Below are positions 1-11,619 of a stretch of DNA of 64,000 bases, in pieces; the stretch's first letter is position 1; each line of letters opens with the position of its first letter. This DNA is from Hydrurus foetidus. Taxonomy: Eukaryota. Where the stretch lies: the NCBI GenBank assembly GCA_900617105.1, contig UYFQ01000597.1, forward strand, positions 1 to 64,000. The letters are read 5' to 3'. The translations under genes were made by a program, and so were the position numbers. The notes under the pieces are model-generated. The model saw only the letters and a program-made list of their open reading frames with translations. It ran no database searches and was not told where the DNA came from.

Positions 1-544
1 AATGCCCGAATTCTCTCTCTTCTTCTTCACTATCCAAAGATATTTCTAGACTTAGCATAGGAATAGGAACAATCGGCTCGTAGAAAACTTCTTTTCCTCG
101 GACGTAAAAGATAGCACCACATAATGTATCGATGACCAAGTTAAGAATGGCGAACCCGTAGAGATATGACACTGGTACGTCATTGACAGTTGGAGGATTC
201 TCAAGAACTTTCACAGCATCGAGTGTTATGTATACAGTAACTCCCAAGAGACATACTACGGAGAAACTTGGGATTCCGATTTCGTTAACAATCCTATTGA
301 AAATATTTCTACTGGATACACCGTCTTTAGTTCCTTCCGCGTATAAGTTCGTGAAGTATGTGAACACGTCCACGCTCATAGCAATCGCATCTCCGAGCAA
401 GCTGAGCGAGTTACTTCTTAAAGCACCGACAACCTCTGCGATCATAAACAAGAGAAATGTTGACGCTGCAACTTGCAGGAGAGTCCTATTCGAGGGTTTG
501 GCTGTAGATGCATTCCGTGAAGAATAGGGAATGAAATTATGCAT
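1..544 (-). CDS. Cation diffusion facilitator (CDF/ZnT/CzcD-like) membrane transporter, 5' part; runs off the window start
   Basis: My translation of the minus strand from ATG 544 is open to base 1: MHNFIPY...LLQVAASTFLLFMIAEVVGALRSNSLSLLGDAIAMSVDVFTYFTNLYAE...YLYGFAILNLVID. This matches the CDF TM1-TM2 signature (E..G...SNSL.LL.DA..M..D). It is absent from the ORF track because there is no stop inside the window. Confidence 0.75.
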   Translation of the reverse strand, partial: MHNFIPYSSRNASTAKPSNRTLLQVAASTFLLFMIAEVVGALRSNSLSLLGDAIAMSVDVFTYFTNLYAEGTKDGVSSRNIFNRIVNEIGIPSFSVVCLLGVTVYITLDAVKVLENPPTVNDVPVSYLYGFAILNLVIDTLCGAIFYVRGKEVFYEPIVPIPMLSLEISLDSEEEEREFGH

Positions 545-1006
545 ACTGATGGAATCAGCCTCCGGCTTCGGCAGATAGCAACAGTCAAATTTTCCTCAAC
601 GGCTACAATAATTTTGGCATCGCTTTACAGCATGCAACAATTGTTAAGGGCTCGCGTAGAAGATAACCGCTCAACTCATTTCCATGTTGCGATTTCTGGC
701 TGTTATAGCTGTTAGATGGTTCATGCTGTATTGAAGGTCGAAGTGTTGAGAGACGACATCAAATGAACTGGAACTTGGGTCTAGGATCTCCGCAGTTTCC
801 AATTCTAAAATCATCATACTGTACGACATCAAATGAGTTTTTAAAATATTGGAAGAAGTTAACACGACGTCTGAGTTATCTTTGGCCTCCAGGAATTGCA
901 AAGTCCCTCCTTACCTTGCACTCTTGATTTGCGAAGCCTATCCTCACATTGCACTTTTGATGAACAGCAACTTCATCAGCTAATTGGCGGGAATTCTTCA
1001 GTAGTG

Positions 1007-1696
1007 ATGGTAACGTTAGATGTCGACCGTCACCACCTTTTCTTTTGCCTCCTCAACAAAAGCTCACAGAAGTTCAGATCGGCGATTAATCTTACTGTTT
1101 CGTGTGTATGCAGATCAACTTTATTCTGCTCATCAGTAGACAAGGAAAAACTCGATTGACGAAATGGTTCACATCGATGGGTGGGAAGGTATGACTCCGA
1201 TAATCTCTCTTTATCAGCCTACAACATAACTGCCGCAGCTGACTTTTCTTACATGCGAAATTCGAATTGAAATTCCTTGTGGCAGGAGAAGACGAGGGCA
1301 GTTAGAGAAATTACAGCGACTGTTCTGTCAAGGGCACCAAAAATGTGTAACTTCATCGAGTGGCAGGACAAAAAAGTGGTCTACAAGCGTTATGCGTCGC
1401 TTTACTTTATCGCGTGCATCGACATGGAAGATAATGAACTGATAGTCCTCGAACAGATTCATCTCTTTGTGGAGGTTCTGGACAAATATTTTGGGAGCGT
1501 GTGTGAACTCGACATCATATTCAACTTCCACAAGGCGTATTACATTCTGGACGAAATGTTCATTGGCGGTCAGCTGCAAGAAACGAGTAGAGCGGAGGTT
1601 TTGCGGGTTTGCGCTGCGATGGATGAGATGATGGACGAGAATGACGAAATAACAACTCCAGGGCGGGGCAATATTCAGTCAGCAACGAAACGTTGA
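1007..1696 (+). CDS. AP1S: Adaptor protein complex small (sigma) subunit, AP-1 sigma-like; 3 exons (1007-1009, 1114-1188, 1286-1696)
   Basis: Spliced product M|INFILLISRQGKTRLTKWF...|EKTRAVREI...VVYKRYASLYF...VLDKYFGSVCELDIIFNFHKAYYILDE, with GT-AG introns that keep the frame. Confidence 0.9.
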
Positions 1697-2119
1697 TAGT
1701 TCTTGTAATCACAGTCTTACATGATGATGAAATATTTCTATCTCGCTAATGAATATCGGTGTCGCTTTTTTTTGTTGTCAATGATTCACTTCTTTGGCGT
1801 TTACAGATTAGATAGATAATACTGCACTGATATCGTAAATAGAGGCCGAGGATAAAGGAACTTGGTTATGGAGTGAGGTGGAGCCTGGATGGCTTTGTAA
1901 GTAAAAATTAATATTTTGTATTTTGTCTTTTTTCTTAGTGATGAGCTGTTACAGAGGATTGGTAACGACCAAATTTGTGAAGTTATAATTTTTTTGAAAT
2001 TTCCCATTCAATCTTACGATCTTTTTAACCCCTGAACAGAGTACAATCAGAAAACGTTACCGCTACAATATCTAATGCACAGCATGACATTGCTGGGTAT
2101 GCATCTAGTAGTACTAGGT

Positions 2120-3084
2120 TTTCTAAATTGACTTGGTACACTTACAAGAAATTTTTATTTTACTATGCCATTTAAGCTCTAGCCAAAGAATAGCATTAGA
2201 TGAGAAAAAAGCTGCTAGAGATGCAGAAGAAAGCGACTGGGAGGACAGCGATGATGAAAAGGACGGGAAATCGGATGGGAACAAGGATGAAGTTGATCTT
2301 AATGGTGAGGTGAAGAGTGAGAATCTGAAAGGAAAGGTTTCCCAGACGAGCTCTCATGACATAGATTAAACCACCACAAGAACTCAGCTGTCACTTACAC
2401 TCTCTTTACTTATTGGAGAAACCGTATCGAATCTTTGATTCTCTTGGCAGTTACATAATGTTAATACTGAATACTTAATACTATCCTTTGCATAGATGTT
2501 CAGCACACAAAAATAAACATCGAGTACATAATTATGGTATAACTTACATGAGCTTTGAATGACGTGCTAACGAAATAAATCACGAGTTCAATTTTCAAGA
2601 CGAGAGTAACAGGAACTAGCCCCCAGAACGTTTTTTTCAACACCGTACTCAGGCTAAACTCAACCGATAAATCGCAACCAGGATTATTGTGAAGTGACTT
2701 ACATGTTTATGTTTCGTTAGTTACGTCATCACGGTGACGCTGAAGAAAGTCTCTTTTAGTTGGTCACATAATCCTTTGTAAAGTCGTAAAGAAGTATTCA
2801 ATTTTGTCCTCTTGACAGCTTATTACCCGTGAGATTGATGTGTAGTACATCATGCAGCAGAGTGTGATTCCGCTCGCTGGATAGAGCAGGATCATTTCTA
2901 ACGATAGACTCAAAGGATAAGCATGAATGGCGTGTTGCTGGTGTCACCTTTATGTACAGCAAGCAACACTGTACAGTGACTTATTTCGTTTCATCGCTGG
3001 ATATGTATCCAGCAGTAATCGGCTTTCTAAATTGACTTGGTACACTTACAGGAAATTTTTATTTTACTATGCCATTTAAGCTCT
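2120..3084. repeat. 61-bp direct repeat pair (2120-2180 and 3024-3084)
   Basis: TTTCTAAATTGACTTGGTACACTTACA(A/G)GAAATTTTTATTTTACTATGCCATTTAAGCTCT occurs twice with one mismatch, 904 bp apart. Confidence 0.9.
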
Positions 3085-3311
3085 TTCTTGATTCTGCGGG
3101 GATCGTTGAGAGCAATACATGTTGCGGCGTCAGGTACCAATGCTGTAGGTCAATCATACAGCTGATGACTTACAAGACTTAATGTGGAGAAGTCTAGGGA
3201 AAGTTTTAGTGGTAAAAATGTTTCCGGAGATTGGTTTGTCTGATCCTCCTGTTACTTGAGAAATCTGAGACAACTACTCTTTAGCTAAGGTGCCTGTGTT
3301 TCCTCATATAA

Positions 3312-3336
3312 TGGTGGTGTTGATAAACACCGTTTT
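3312..3336 (-). promoter_or_regulatory. Histone mRNA 3' stem-loop downstream of H4
   Basis: Minus strand reads AAAAC GGTGTT TATC AACACC ACCA: a 6-bp stem and 4-nt loop about 30 nt after the H4 stop. Identical to the copy after H3. Confidence 0.85.
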
Positions 3337-3363
3337 GTTGATTGGTTGTGGTTGATACATCTT

Positions 3364-4323
<960 letters not shown>

Positions 4324-4343
4324 GAACCTAGTCTTCGAGAACA

Positions 4344-4368
4344 AAAACGGTGTTTATCAACACCACCA
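4344..4368 (+). promoter_or_regulatory. Histone mRNA 3' stem-loop downstream of H3
   Basis: AAAAC GGTGTT TATC AACACC ACCA, starting 20 nt after the H3 stop. Confidence 0.85.
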
Positions 4369-4708
4369 CCATAACTGGAAATCAAGTCCAACAAATATAT
4401 GACTCACATCTTCTCAATCCAGCGGAGCAGTATATACCACAGACCTCCTGCGGAACCATCACTACATCTCGCTCTGAACATACCCGCAAGCTACCTCGGC
4501 ACCACTCATCGTCTCCCTCCCAAGGAGCATCTGCCTCTTCTCCCACAGTATCACTACATCGAATATGTTACTTCCTCTTCAGACTGTCCTGAGCAAATCA
4601 CACCCAAGAAGGAAGAGCTCCAGGACATTATTCCAGGGAGCTGTCACCTGACGCGAATACAGCAACATTCCTTTATTATATTATAAAATAGATTTTATAA
4701 ACAAGTCC

Positions 4709-5908
4709 CTACGGATCCCACGGCATGGATAAAGCAATCTTATACACGCTAGACTTAGGCTGATCTAATATCTTCACAGTCAGTTTGACCGCCTCAGATC
4801 GCGCCACACCGTCTACCCTGAGTGCCCGAAGCGACTCCTTTATGCTACTCTCTATATCCGCTTCAGAAACAGCCGCACCCACGAATGGACCGAAAACCAC
4901 AGTGAACTCTCCCCTAATCCTATTTTCCTCCTGCATAATATCCGTCAGTAAATAATAATAAGATCACAAAAAGAGGAATTGGGGCACTCCATTGATATTC
5001 TCATGTGGAGTGACTACATCAGTCAAGTGTCGCAACAACATAAACAGAGAAGAGAGTGATGCATGAGGCAGACTTACGTCATTATCCCCAAATTCTTCCA
5101 ACCATGCCAAACATTCATCCACAGTTCCTCGTTTGAACTCTTCGTGCATCTTAGTGAGTTCTCTACAGCACAAACATGGTCGTTGTCCCTGTCCGTACTC
5201 TTTACTAGCCAGTTGTCTAAAGGTCATTTTCATGCGGTGTGGCGCTTCATATATAACCACAGGATGTTGAAGACGCGTTATTTGATCCAATTTTTGACTC
5301 CTCTCCTTTCCTTTCACAGCTAAAAATCCTAAGAAACTGAATTCTGATGCCTGGAAGCCACAGACAGACAGTGCAGCTACCACTGCAGAGGGTCCAGGAA
5401 TAGGATGCAAGGGGACATTGTGCGTCAGCAGTGCTTCTGCAAGCTCTGCTCCTGGATCGCAGATGCCTGGCGTTCCAGCATCACTGACAACTGCTAAACT
5501 TTTGCCCTCTTGGACCAAACTCAATATCTTGGGTATCTGTTCTTTCCAATTGTGTTCGTGATGACTCAGTAAGTCCTTGTGAGGTAAAGAGAGATGTCTC
5601 AACAACTTGACTGTGTGTCTAGTGTCCTCAGCGCAGATCAAGTCGACCTGTGACAATACATCTATCGCTCTGCTAGTCATGTCGCCTAAATTACCCAATG
5701 GGGTGGCAACGAAGTAAACATGACCTGGTTCGACTGCTGATGAATTCGCTGCTGTTCCAGTTGAGTAACTTTCTGAAGGAATAACTAGTGGAGCAGAGAA
5801 CAGCGCACCACGAGAGAGTAGAGATCGTGAGTGCCTTACGATGCCTAAACTAGTTCGCAGGAGACCTGCTGACATCAGTCCAACACAAAAAAGATGTATT
5901 TCCTTCAT
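4709..5908 (-). CDS. rsmI: RsmI-like tetrapyrrole-methylase-family rRNA 2'-O-methyltransferase, probably organelle-targeted; 2 exons (5908-5078, 4930-4709)
   Basis: VYFVATPLGNLGDMTSRA, AEDTRHT, VSDAGTPGICDPG, IPGPSA, YEAPHR, RELTKMHEE and RGEFTVV motifs; a phase-0 GTAAGT...CAG intron joins the two ORFs. The start codon is uncertain. Confidence 0.88.
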
Positions 5909-6184
5909 AAAGTTGTATCTTCCCTATTGTGCTCCGTGACAGCCATGCAGTAACCTCCAGCTGCTCTCCTGCACCTACAAGATTGTAGCAATTACTGAAG
6001 GAGATCCAGCGGAGTAAAGCCGAAGTCGCCAAGTTGTAGAAGATGGTAGATATCTCCCTCACTGTTGAATATTTCCTGCCTGGAGGTTTGAGAGTAATAA
6101 TGGATTAGTTGTTAGTTGTAGTGGAACAATAATTAGATGCTCCTTCAAATTCTTTCCAAAATCGGGAGAGATTTCCGAAGACAT

Positions 6185-6335
6185 TGTTGTGAAAGGTGGA
6201 CTGGAAGGTATGACGTATGTCCCATACGGTTGGTCACAAGCTCCCCACTGCACTCTCCGTAACTGCTTTACTCGTTCTGTCTCGGATCAGAAGAGAAGTC
6301 TCGCAAACGGCTACGAGTTTGGGTTAATTAGCACT
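6185..6335 (+). repeat. Left 151-bp inverted terminal repeat of the Copia element
   Basis: Reverse complement of 12150-12300 with one mismatch (6210 A versus G implied by 12275 C). The ORF track shows the same peptide (KGGLEG.TYVPYGWSQAPHC...GLIST) on opposite strands. Confidence 0.97.
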
Positions 6336-6362
6336 TCATCGTTCCAACAGGAAGTTGCAACG

Positions 6363-7580
6363 ATGAAAGGACGTGGAAGTCCCTCTCAGGGACGTGGACG
6401 AGGATATTTCGCGGGTCGTGGTGGGAGAGGATCTCCAGTAACACCGAACTACCATCGTGGCAACATACCGACGATCGGGGCATACTTGGATCTACCACCT
6501 GGGAAGGACATCGCCCATGGAGCGGTTACCAAATGGATGGGTAAAATGAAGGAATATGCTATGACGACTTACAAGTCGAGAGTAAGCATGATCTTCGGAT
6601 CAGACGGAACTCTAGGAGATTATCCAGTTTACATACAGCCGGAGCATCCAACAGATGGAGCCACGGTGTACGATAGAAAGATCTGGGAGTTAGACCTAAT
6701 TGAATACGGGAAACAGACAACAAAGTTAGAGGAAGATAAACTCAACTTGTATGGTGCTATGCTAGGCCAGATGTCTGAAAGTTCGAAGACCAGAGTAGGA
6801 GAGATACTCCTGGGCGTGGAAGCGGCGTGCGAATTCGAGCCGAGAAAATTGCTGCAAGCAATTCTCGTAACTCACATAGGAGATTCAACACTGGGAGTAC
6901 AGCATCAAATGTACGTTATTACTCAGAGGTACAATGATCTAGTGATGGGAGGTCACGAGAATTTGAGTATGTACCTCACGAGCACCAAGTCAGCTCTCAC
7001 TGCTATTCAGCAGGCGTATGAGATGGCTGGACGTGAAGGGATCGACGAACTGTATCCAGAAGGGCAGATGTCAGTGAAATTTATCCTGGGTCTAAATAAC
7101 AGCTATAACGAATTCAAATCGTTCTTCACAAACGGATTAAAACCTTGGCCCGATTGTCTTGAGTCAGCTTATCAAGAAGCGGCCAAGTACAACCCCAAGA
7201 GGGCAGCTGGGAACTTACCAGCGGCGATAGAGAGAGCAAACGCATTCGCGATGACTGGCAGAGGATTCAGAAGTGGCCGTGGAGGCTACCCTGGAGGTCA
7301 TAAAGGAAAGAGCGCACCCAATGCGCGGTGGGTGAAGGACGGAGGAGACTCGCCCGAAGGATCAACCAGCGAGAAGGGATCACCTGTCGGAGCTTATACC
7401 GCTAATAAATCCCCACCAGCGGGGTACAAGCGTGGTCCCTGCAATAACTGCGGGAAGTACGGACACTTGGCTCGTGAATGCAGAGCGGAAGCTGCAGAGA
7501 CCGTAGCTCAGTACTGGGGCGAAGAAGGAGGAAAGAGCCCCGGAGGGAAACCGACTACATCACCTGGGAAGGGAAAGTAA
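6363..7580 (+). CDS. gag: Retrotransposon Gag (ORF1) with RG-rich N-terminus and CCHC zinc knuckle
   Basis: CNNCGKYGHLAREC knuckle; LYGAMLGQMSESSK and KFILGLN capsid-like segments. The frame is also open upstream to an ATG at 6210. Confidence 0.9.
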   Translation: MKGRGSPSQGRGRGYFAGRGGRGSPVTPNYHRGNIPTIGAYLDLPPGKDIAHGAVTKWMGKMKEYAMTTYKSRVSMIFGSDGTLGDYPVYIQPEHPTDGATVYDRKIWELDLIEYGKQTTKLEEDKLNLYGAMLGQMSESSKTRVGEILLGVEAACEFEPRKLLQAILVTHIGDSTLGVQHQMYVITQRYNDLVMGGHENLSMYLTSTKSALTAIQQAYEMAGREGIDELYPEGQMSVKFILGLNNSYNEFKSFFTNGLKPWPDCLESAYQEAAKYNPKRAAGNLPAAIERANAFAMTGRGFRSGRGGYPGGHKGKSAPNARWVKDGGDSPEGSTSEKGSPVGAYTANKSPPAGYKRGPCNNCGKYGHLARECRAEAAETVAQYWGEEGGKSPGGKPTTSPGKGK

Positions 7581-10500
7581 GTCAATTATATGATTATTTA
7601 CATGATGACATAGCTAGTACCGTGAATAATAATGTGACTAGTGTTATGAATAATAATGTTAAGCACGTACGAATATCTAAATATGTACAAATTAAATTTA
7701 TAGATGACGAAGCTCCAGTGACGGAGACCCCAGCAGTAGATAGCAACATATTTAGCATAGATATCACGAATGATTCTGATGTATTTGCTGACAATCAATT
7801 GCTTCTTGACACATGTGCTGGCGAATCTGTATTTAGAACTGCTGCACTGTTCTATGACATTGTGCCTGCTGATACACCCATGATAGTTAATGGAGTCAAT
7901 AGTAGAGGAGAGCCGATGGTTATCAGAGAGTGCGGTACGACGGACTTTGGATTAGTATACTTTGACCCTAATTGTATAGCCAACATCTTGTCTTTTGCTA
8001 ACATGGTAAATAATTGTTACTCTATGAAGTATAGTAGTGGGAGCGATTTTTACAGTTTGCAGATTAAAAGAGGCGGATGCTGTTACTATTTCAACAGAGA
8101 TAAAAAATATAATATATATATATGTAACTTAGACACCATGGTAAGTAAGCCTAAGTTGATGTTAGTTACGACAGTTACAGATAAGATGAAGAAATATACA
8201 GTTAGACAGGTAAAACAGGCAGAATTAGCTAGAGAATACCAGAGGAAATTAGGATACGCTAGTCCAGGACAGTTAATTAAGCTGATAGGACAAGGTAAAC
8301 TAGTTAACAGTAATATTACAGCACAAGATGTAGTTAGATCCTTGGATATCTGGGGTCCTGACTTAGGCACCCTAAAGGGAAAAACGCCAAGCCATCAGGC
8401 ACAGGTCGAAGAGGAACAACCACTGTTAGATAACATACAAGATAGAGATCAGATTATGTACATAGACATTATGTTTGTTAACGGTAACCCTTTTTTAATA
8501 GCCGTTGTTAAGCCATTGGAGTATACTATGGTAAATAAGTTAAATAACAGAGCTAACCTTACACTGTGGACTAGCTTAGAGAGCGATATTAGACACATAA
8601 CTAAGTATGGTTTCAGTTTAAATTTAGTTAGAGTTGATGGAGAGGGAGCCATCAATTCAGTATGGTTTGAGACTAAGTTAGCTACGATAGGTACTGCATT
8701 AGATACGACAGGTGCAGGTGAGGCAGTTACCGTAGTCGAGCGTAAGATCAGACAGATTAAAGAGAGAGTCAGAGCAGTAATCAATACGCTACCATTTAGA
8801 TTAACTGAGAAGCTAGAAGGATGGTTAGTTAGATATGCTGTTAACCGTATAGTGTTAGTTCCGACAAGGAACACCGTAGACTATGTCAGCCCTAGAGAGA
8901 AACTATACGGTAGGAAGATAAACGTAGACAAAGAACTGAAACACGGTTTTGGTGACTATGTCCAAGTGCACTCAGATAATATTGATAATAGTAATAAAGC
9001 CAGAACTTCAGGTGCTATCGCTCTAATGAGTGCAGGCAATCTTGAAGGATCTTGGTATTACATGTTACTCAGTAATGAACAGATAGTTAAGCGCACTAAA
9101 GCCACATCACTACCTATGCCTGATGAAGTGATTACTTACCTTAATGGATTATCTGATAAGAGAAACATTAATAAGGGTAATAACACTAATCAACCTGTAT
9201 TCGAACAGAATAGGCGTGTGATTGATGATGATGGACTTGATTATGATGATCATAAAATTTATAATAATAATATGAGAAGATTTAGTAATTCACACGTATC
9301 ACATTCAGATGAAATGTATGATGGCTCATATGATGTTGAACCACAAGTGATGCATGCACTGCCTGATGTGCCAGTGATGAATGAAGAAAATGATTTTAAT
9401 GATATGCCTGATAATGATGCTATGATAGATGATTATGCAGTGCAGCTAGAGACTGATGATGCTGAATTTGAACCTATTGAACATGACGATGTTGCAATGG
9501 AATATGATGCACCTGATGTAAACAGCACGTACGTTGATGACAATGTACTTACATATGATGAAACCGTTGATGCCATAGAAGATACGTACACAGTAGATGA
9601 CGTACTTACAGATGAACTACCTGAGATAGAACAGCCTGCTTTGAGACGTAGCGCTAGAAATCACCAGCCAGGTAGATGGGCATCCAACAGAGGAAAAAGG
9701 AACATAGGATGTTGTATACCTGAAGCGTTGCATCGCCTTGATTGTTCATATGCTTTTAACATGACTGTTAAAGAAGGTATCGATAAGTTAGGTGATATAG
9801 CTGTCGATTCCATTAGAAAAGAAATGCAACAGATGTGTGTGAAGGATGTGTGGGAAGGAGTGTTAGTTGATTCACTTACACCTACACAACGTAACAACAT
9901 CATTACCAGTAGTATGTTTTTAAAAGACAAGTATACTGCTGAAGGTAAATTTGATAAATTAAAATCAAGATTAGTTGCAGGAGGTCACCTACAGGATAGG
10001 GATATTTACGATAATGGCTCATCACCTACTGTTAGTACTACTAGTGTGTTTATTATTGCTTCAATTGCTGCAAAAGAGAATCGATCATTAGCTACGATAG
10101 ATTTTCCAGGAGCATTTTTAAATAGCGATATGCCACTTGAGGGTAGTCACACGGTGTTTATGAGATTGAATAAGTATTTGACTGATGTTTTAATCTCCAT
10201 TGATAAATCATATATGAAATATGTTAATGATAAGGGTACATGCATTGTTAAATTGAAGAAAGCATTGTATGGGTGCGTCGAATCTGCAAAATTGTGGTAT
10301 GATAAAATTTCACATGACTTGTCTGTATTAGGCTATACTGCTAATGCTTATGACATGTGTGTGTTTAATAGAACCGAAAACAACAAATCACAAACCACAT
10401 TGATTATCCATGTTGATGACATGATGATATCGTGTTGCAATGACAAATATGTTGATATGGTAATTTATGAAATTGAAAAACTATATCCCGGACTAACAAA

Positions 10501-11368
10501 GCATCGAGGAAAAGTACTTAATTATATAGGTATGACTTTTAATTTCGAGTCAGCCGGGGAGGTTAGGATAACCATGGAGGGATTTGTCAAGGAGCTGCTA
10601 GAAGACTGTAAAAAGATTCTAGGGGTGGCACCGACACCTGCCAAGTCGGAATTATTTTCCGTAAAACCGGATACTTCTGACCCACTACTAACCACTTCTG
10701 CTCGTGAGTATTTCCATTCAACTACAGCGAAGCTGCTATACCTTAGCAAAAGGGCAAGACCAGATATATTGACGCCGGTAGCGTTTTTAACCAAGCGGGT
10801 GACAAAGCCTCAAGTAGAAGACATGAAGAAGTTGGAACGTACTATCCAGTACATACGGAGCACTAAAGACCTAGGACTCACCCTACGAGTCGAAGACCCC
10901 ATCACAGTCACATGTTATATTGACGCCTCCTTCGGCGTACATATAGATATGAAGAGCCACACTGGAAGCGCCATCACACTAGGGAAAGGCGTAGTGTACG
11001 CTAAGAGTTCAACTCAAAAGCTAACCACGAAGTCGAGTACCGAAGCAGAGCTAGTAGGACTGAGCGACTCAGCCAATCAAGTGCTGTGGGCACGACTGTT
11101 CCTCATGGACCAAGGATATCAAGACAGGAGCGCCATCATTTTTCAAGACAATAAATCTACTATCCAACTTATCAACAACGGTCGCTCCAACAGCGAACGT
11201 ACGCGCCACATCAACATCCGGTACTTCTTCCTACATGACCGGGTAAGAGACAAAGAAATAATCATAATTTATAAACCAACTAATGACATGTTAGCAGATA
11301 TGCTAACTAAACCACTTCAAGGAGAGCAGTTCAGAGCTTTTCGTGATAAACTACTCGGAATCACCTGA
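7478..11368 (+). CDS. pol: Retrotransposon Pol (ORF2): aspartic protease, DDE integrase, reverse transcriptase, RNase H
   Basis: PR LLLDTCA; IN YIDIMFV / RVDGEGA / VVERKIRQIKE; RT KSRLVAGG, IDFPGAFLN, LKKALYG, HVDDM; RH YIDASF, SSTEAEL, FQDNKS, ADMLTKPL. No stops; lies in the -1 frame relative to gag. Confidence 0.95.
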   Translation: MQSGSCRDRSSVLGRRRRKEPRRETDYITWEGKVSQLYDYLHDDIASTVNNNVTSVMNNNVKHVRISKYVQIKFIDDEAPVTETPAVDSNIFSIDITNDSDVFADNQLLLDTCAGESVFRTAALFYDIVPADTPMIVNGVNSRGEPMVIRECGTTDFGLVYFDPNCIANILSFANMVNNCYSMKYSSGSDFYSLQIKRGGCCYYFNRDKKYNIYICNLDTMVSKPKLMLVTTVTDKMKKYTVRQVKQAELAREYQRKLGYASPGQLIKLIGQGKLVNSNITAQDVVRSLDIWGPDLGTLKGKTPSHQAQVEEEQPLLDNIQDRDQIMYIDIMFVNGNPFLIAVVKPLEYTMVNKLNNRANLTLWTSLESDIRHITKYGFSLNLVRVDGEGAINSVWFETKLATIGTALDTTGAGEAVTVVERKIRQIKERVRAVINTLPFRLTEKLEGWLVRYAVNRIVLVPTRNTVDYVSPREKLYGRKINVDKELKHGFGDYVQVHSDNIDNSNKARTSGAIALMSAGNLEGSWYYMLLSNEQIVKRTKATSLPMPDEVITYLNGLSDKRNINKGNNTNQPVFEQNRRVIDDDGLDYDDHKIYNNNMRRFSNSHVSHSDEMYDGSYDVEPQVMHALPDVPVMNEENDFNDMPDNDAMIDDYAVQLETDDAEFEPIEHDDVAMEYDAPDVNSTYVDDNVLTYDETVDAIEDTYTVDDVLTDELPEIEQPALRRSARNHQPGRWASNRGKRNIGCCIPEALHRLDCSYAFNMTVKEGIDKLGDIAVDSIRKEMQQMCVKDVWEGVLVDSLTPTQRNNIITSSMFLKDKYTAEGKFDKLKSRLVAGGHLQDRDIYDNGSSPTVSTTSVFIIASIAAKENRSLATIDFPGAFLNSDMPLEGSHTVFMRLNKYLTDVLISIDKSYMKYVNDKGTCIVKLKKALYGCVESAKLWYDKISHDLSVLGYTANAYDMCVFNRTENNKSQTTLIIHVDDMMISCCNDKYVDMVIYEIEKLYPGLTKHRGKVLNYIGMTFNFESAGEVRITMEGFVKELLEDCKKILGVAPTPAKSELFSVKPDTSDPLLTTSAREYFHSTTAKLLYLSKRARPDILTPVAFLTKRVTKPQVEDMKKLERTIQYIRSTKDLGLTLRVEDPITVTCYIDASFGVHIDMKSHTGSAITLGKGVVYAKSSTQKLTTKSSTEAELVGLSDSANQVLWARLFLMDQGYQDRSAIIFQDNKSTIQLINNGRSNSERTRHINIRYFFLHDRVRDKEIIIIYKPTNDMLADMLTKPLQGEQFRAFRDKLLGIT

Positions 11369-11619
11369 GTATTCCACTCCATCAAATTTCTTCTACCTAC
11401 GCTTCGCCAACCTGTTTCTGCTACCTTGGCCAACATCAACCCTATGTATTTTATGAATCTGCAATTCGATCGAATTCCTTCTGCCCTACAACATCAACCT
11501 CCAAGACCTGAACACTCAAGACACCTACACTCGAGCCTACACCACACACGGTCGAGACACATCAACAAAAGACACCTGAAGACGAAAACTTCAGAACCAA
11601 CATTCCTACGATAAACTAC

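Noticed and set aside
183..527. Plus-strand 114-aa ORF
   Set aside because: Antisense shadow of the CDF transporter on the minus strand.
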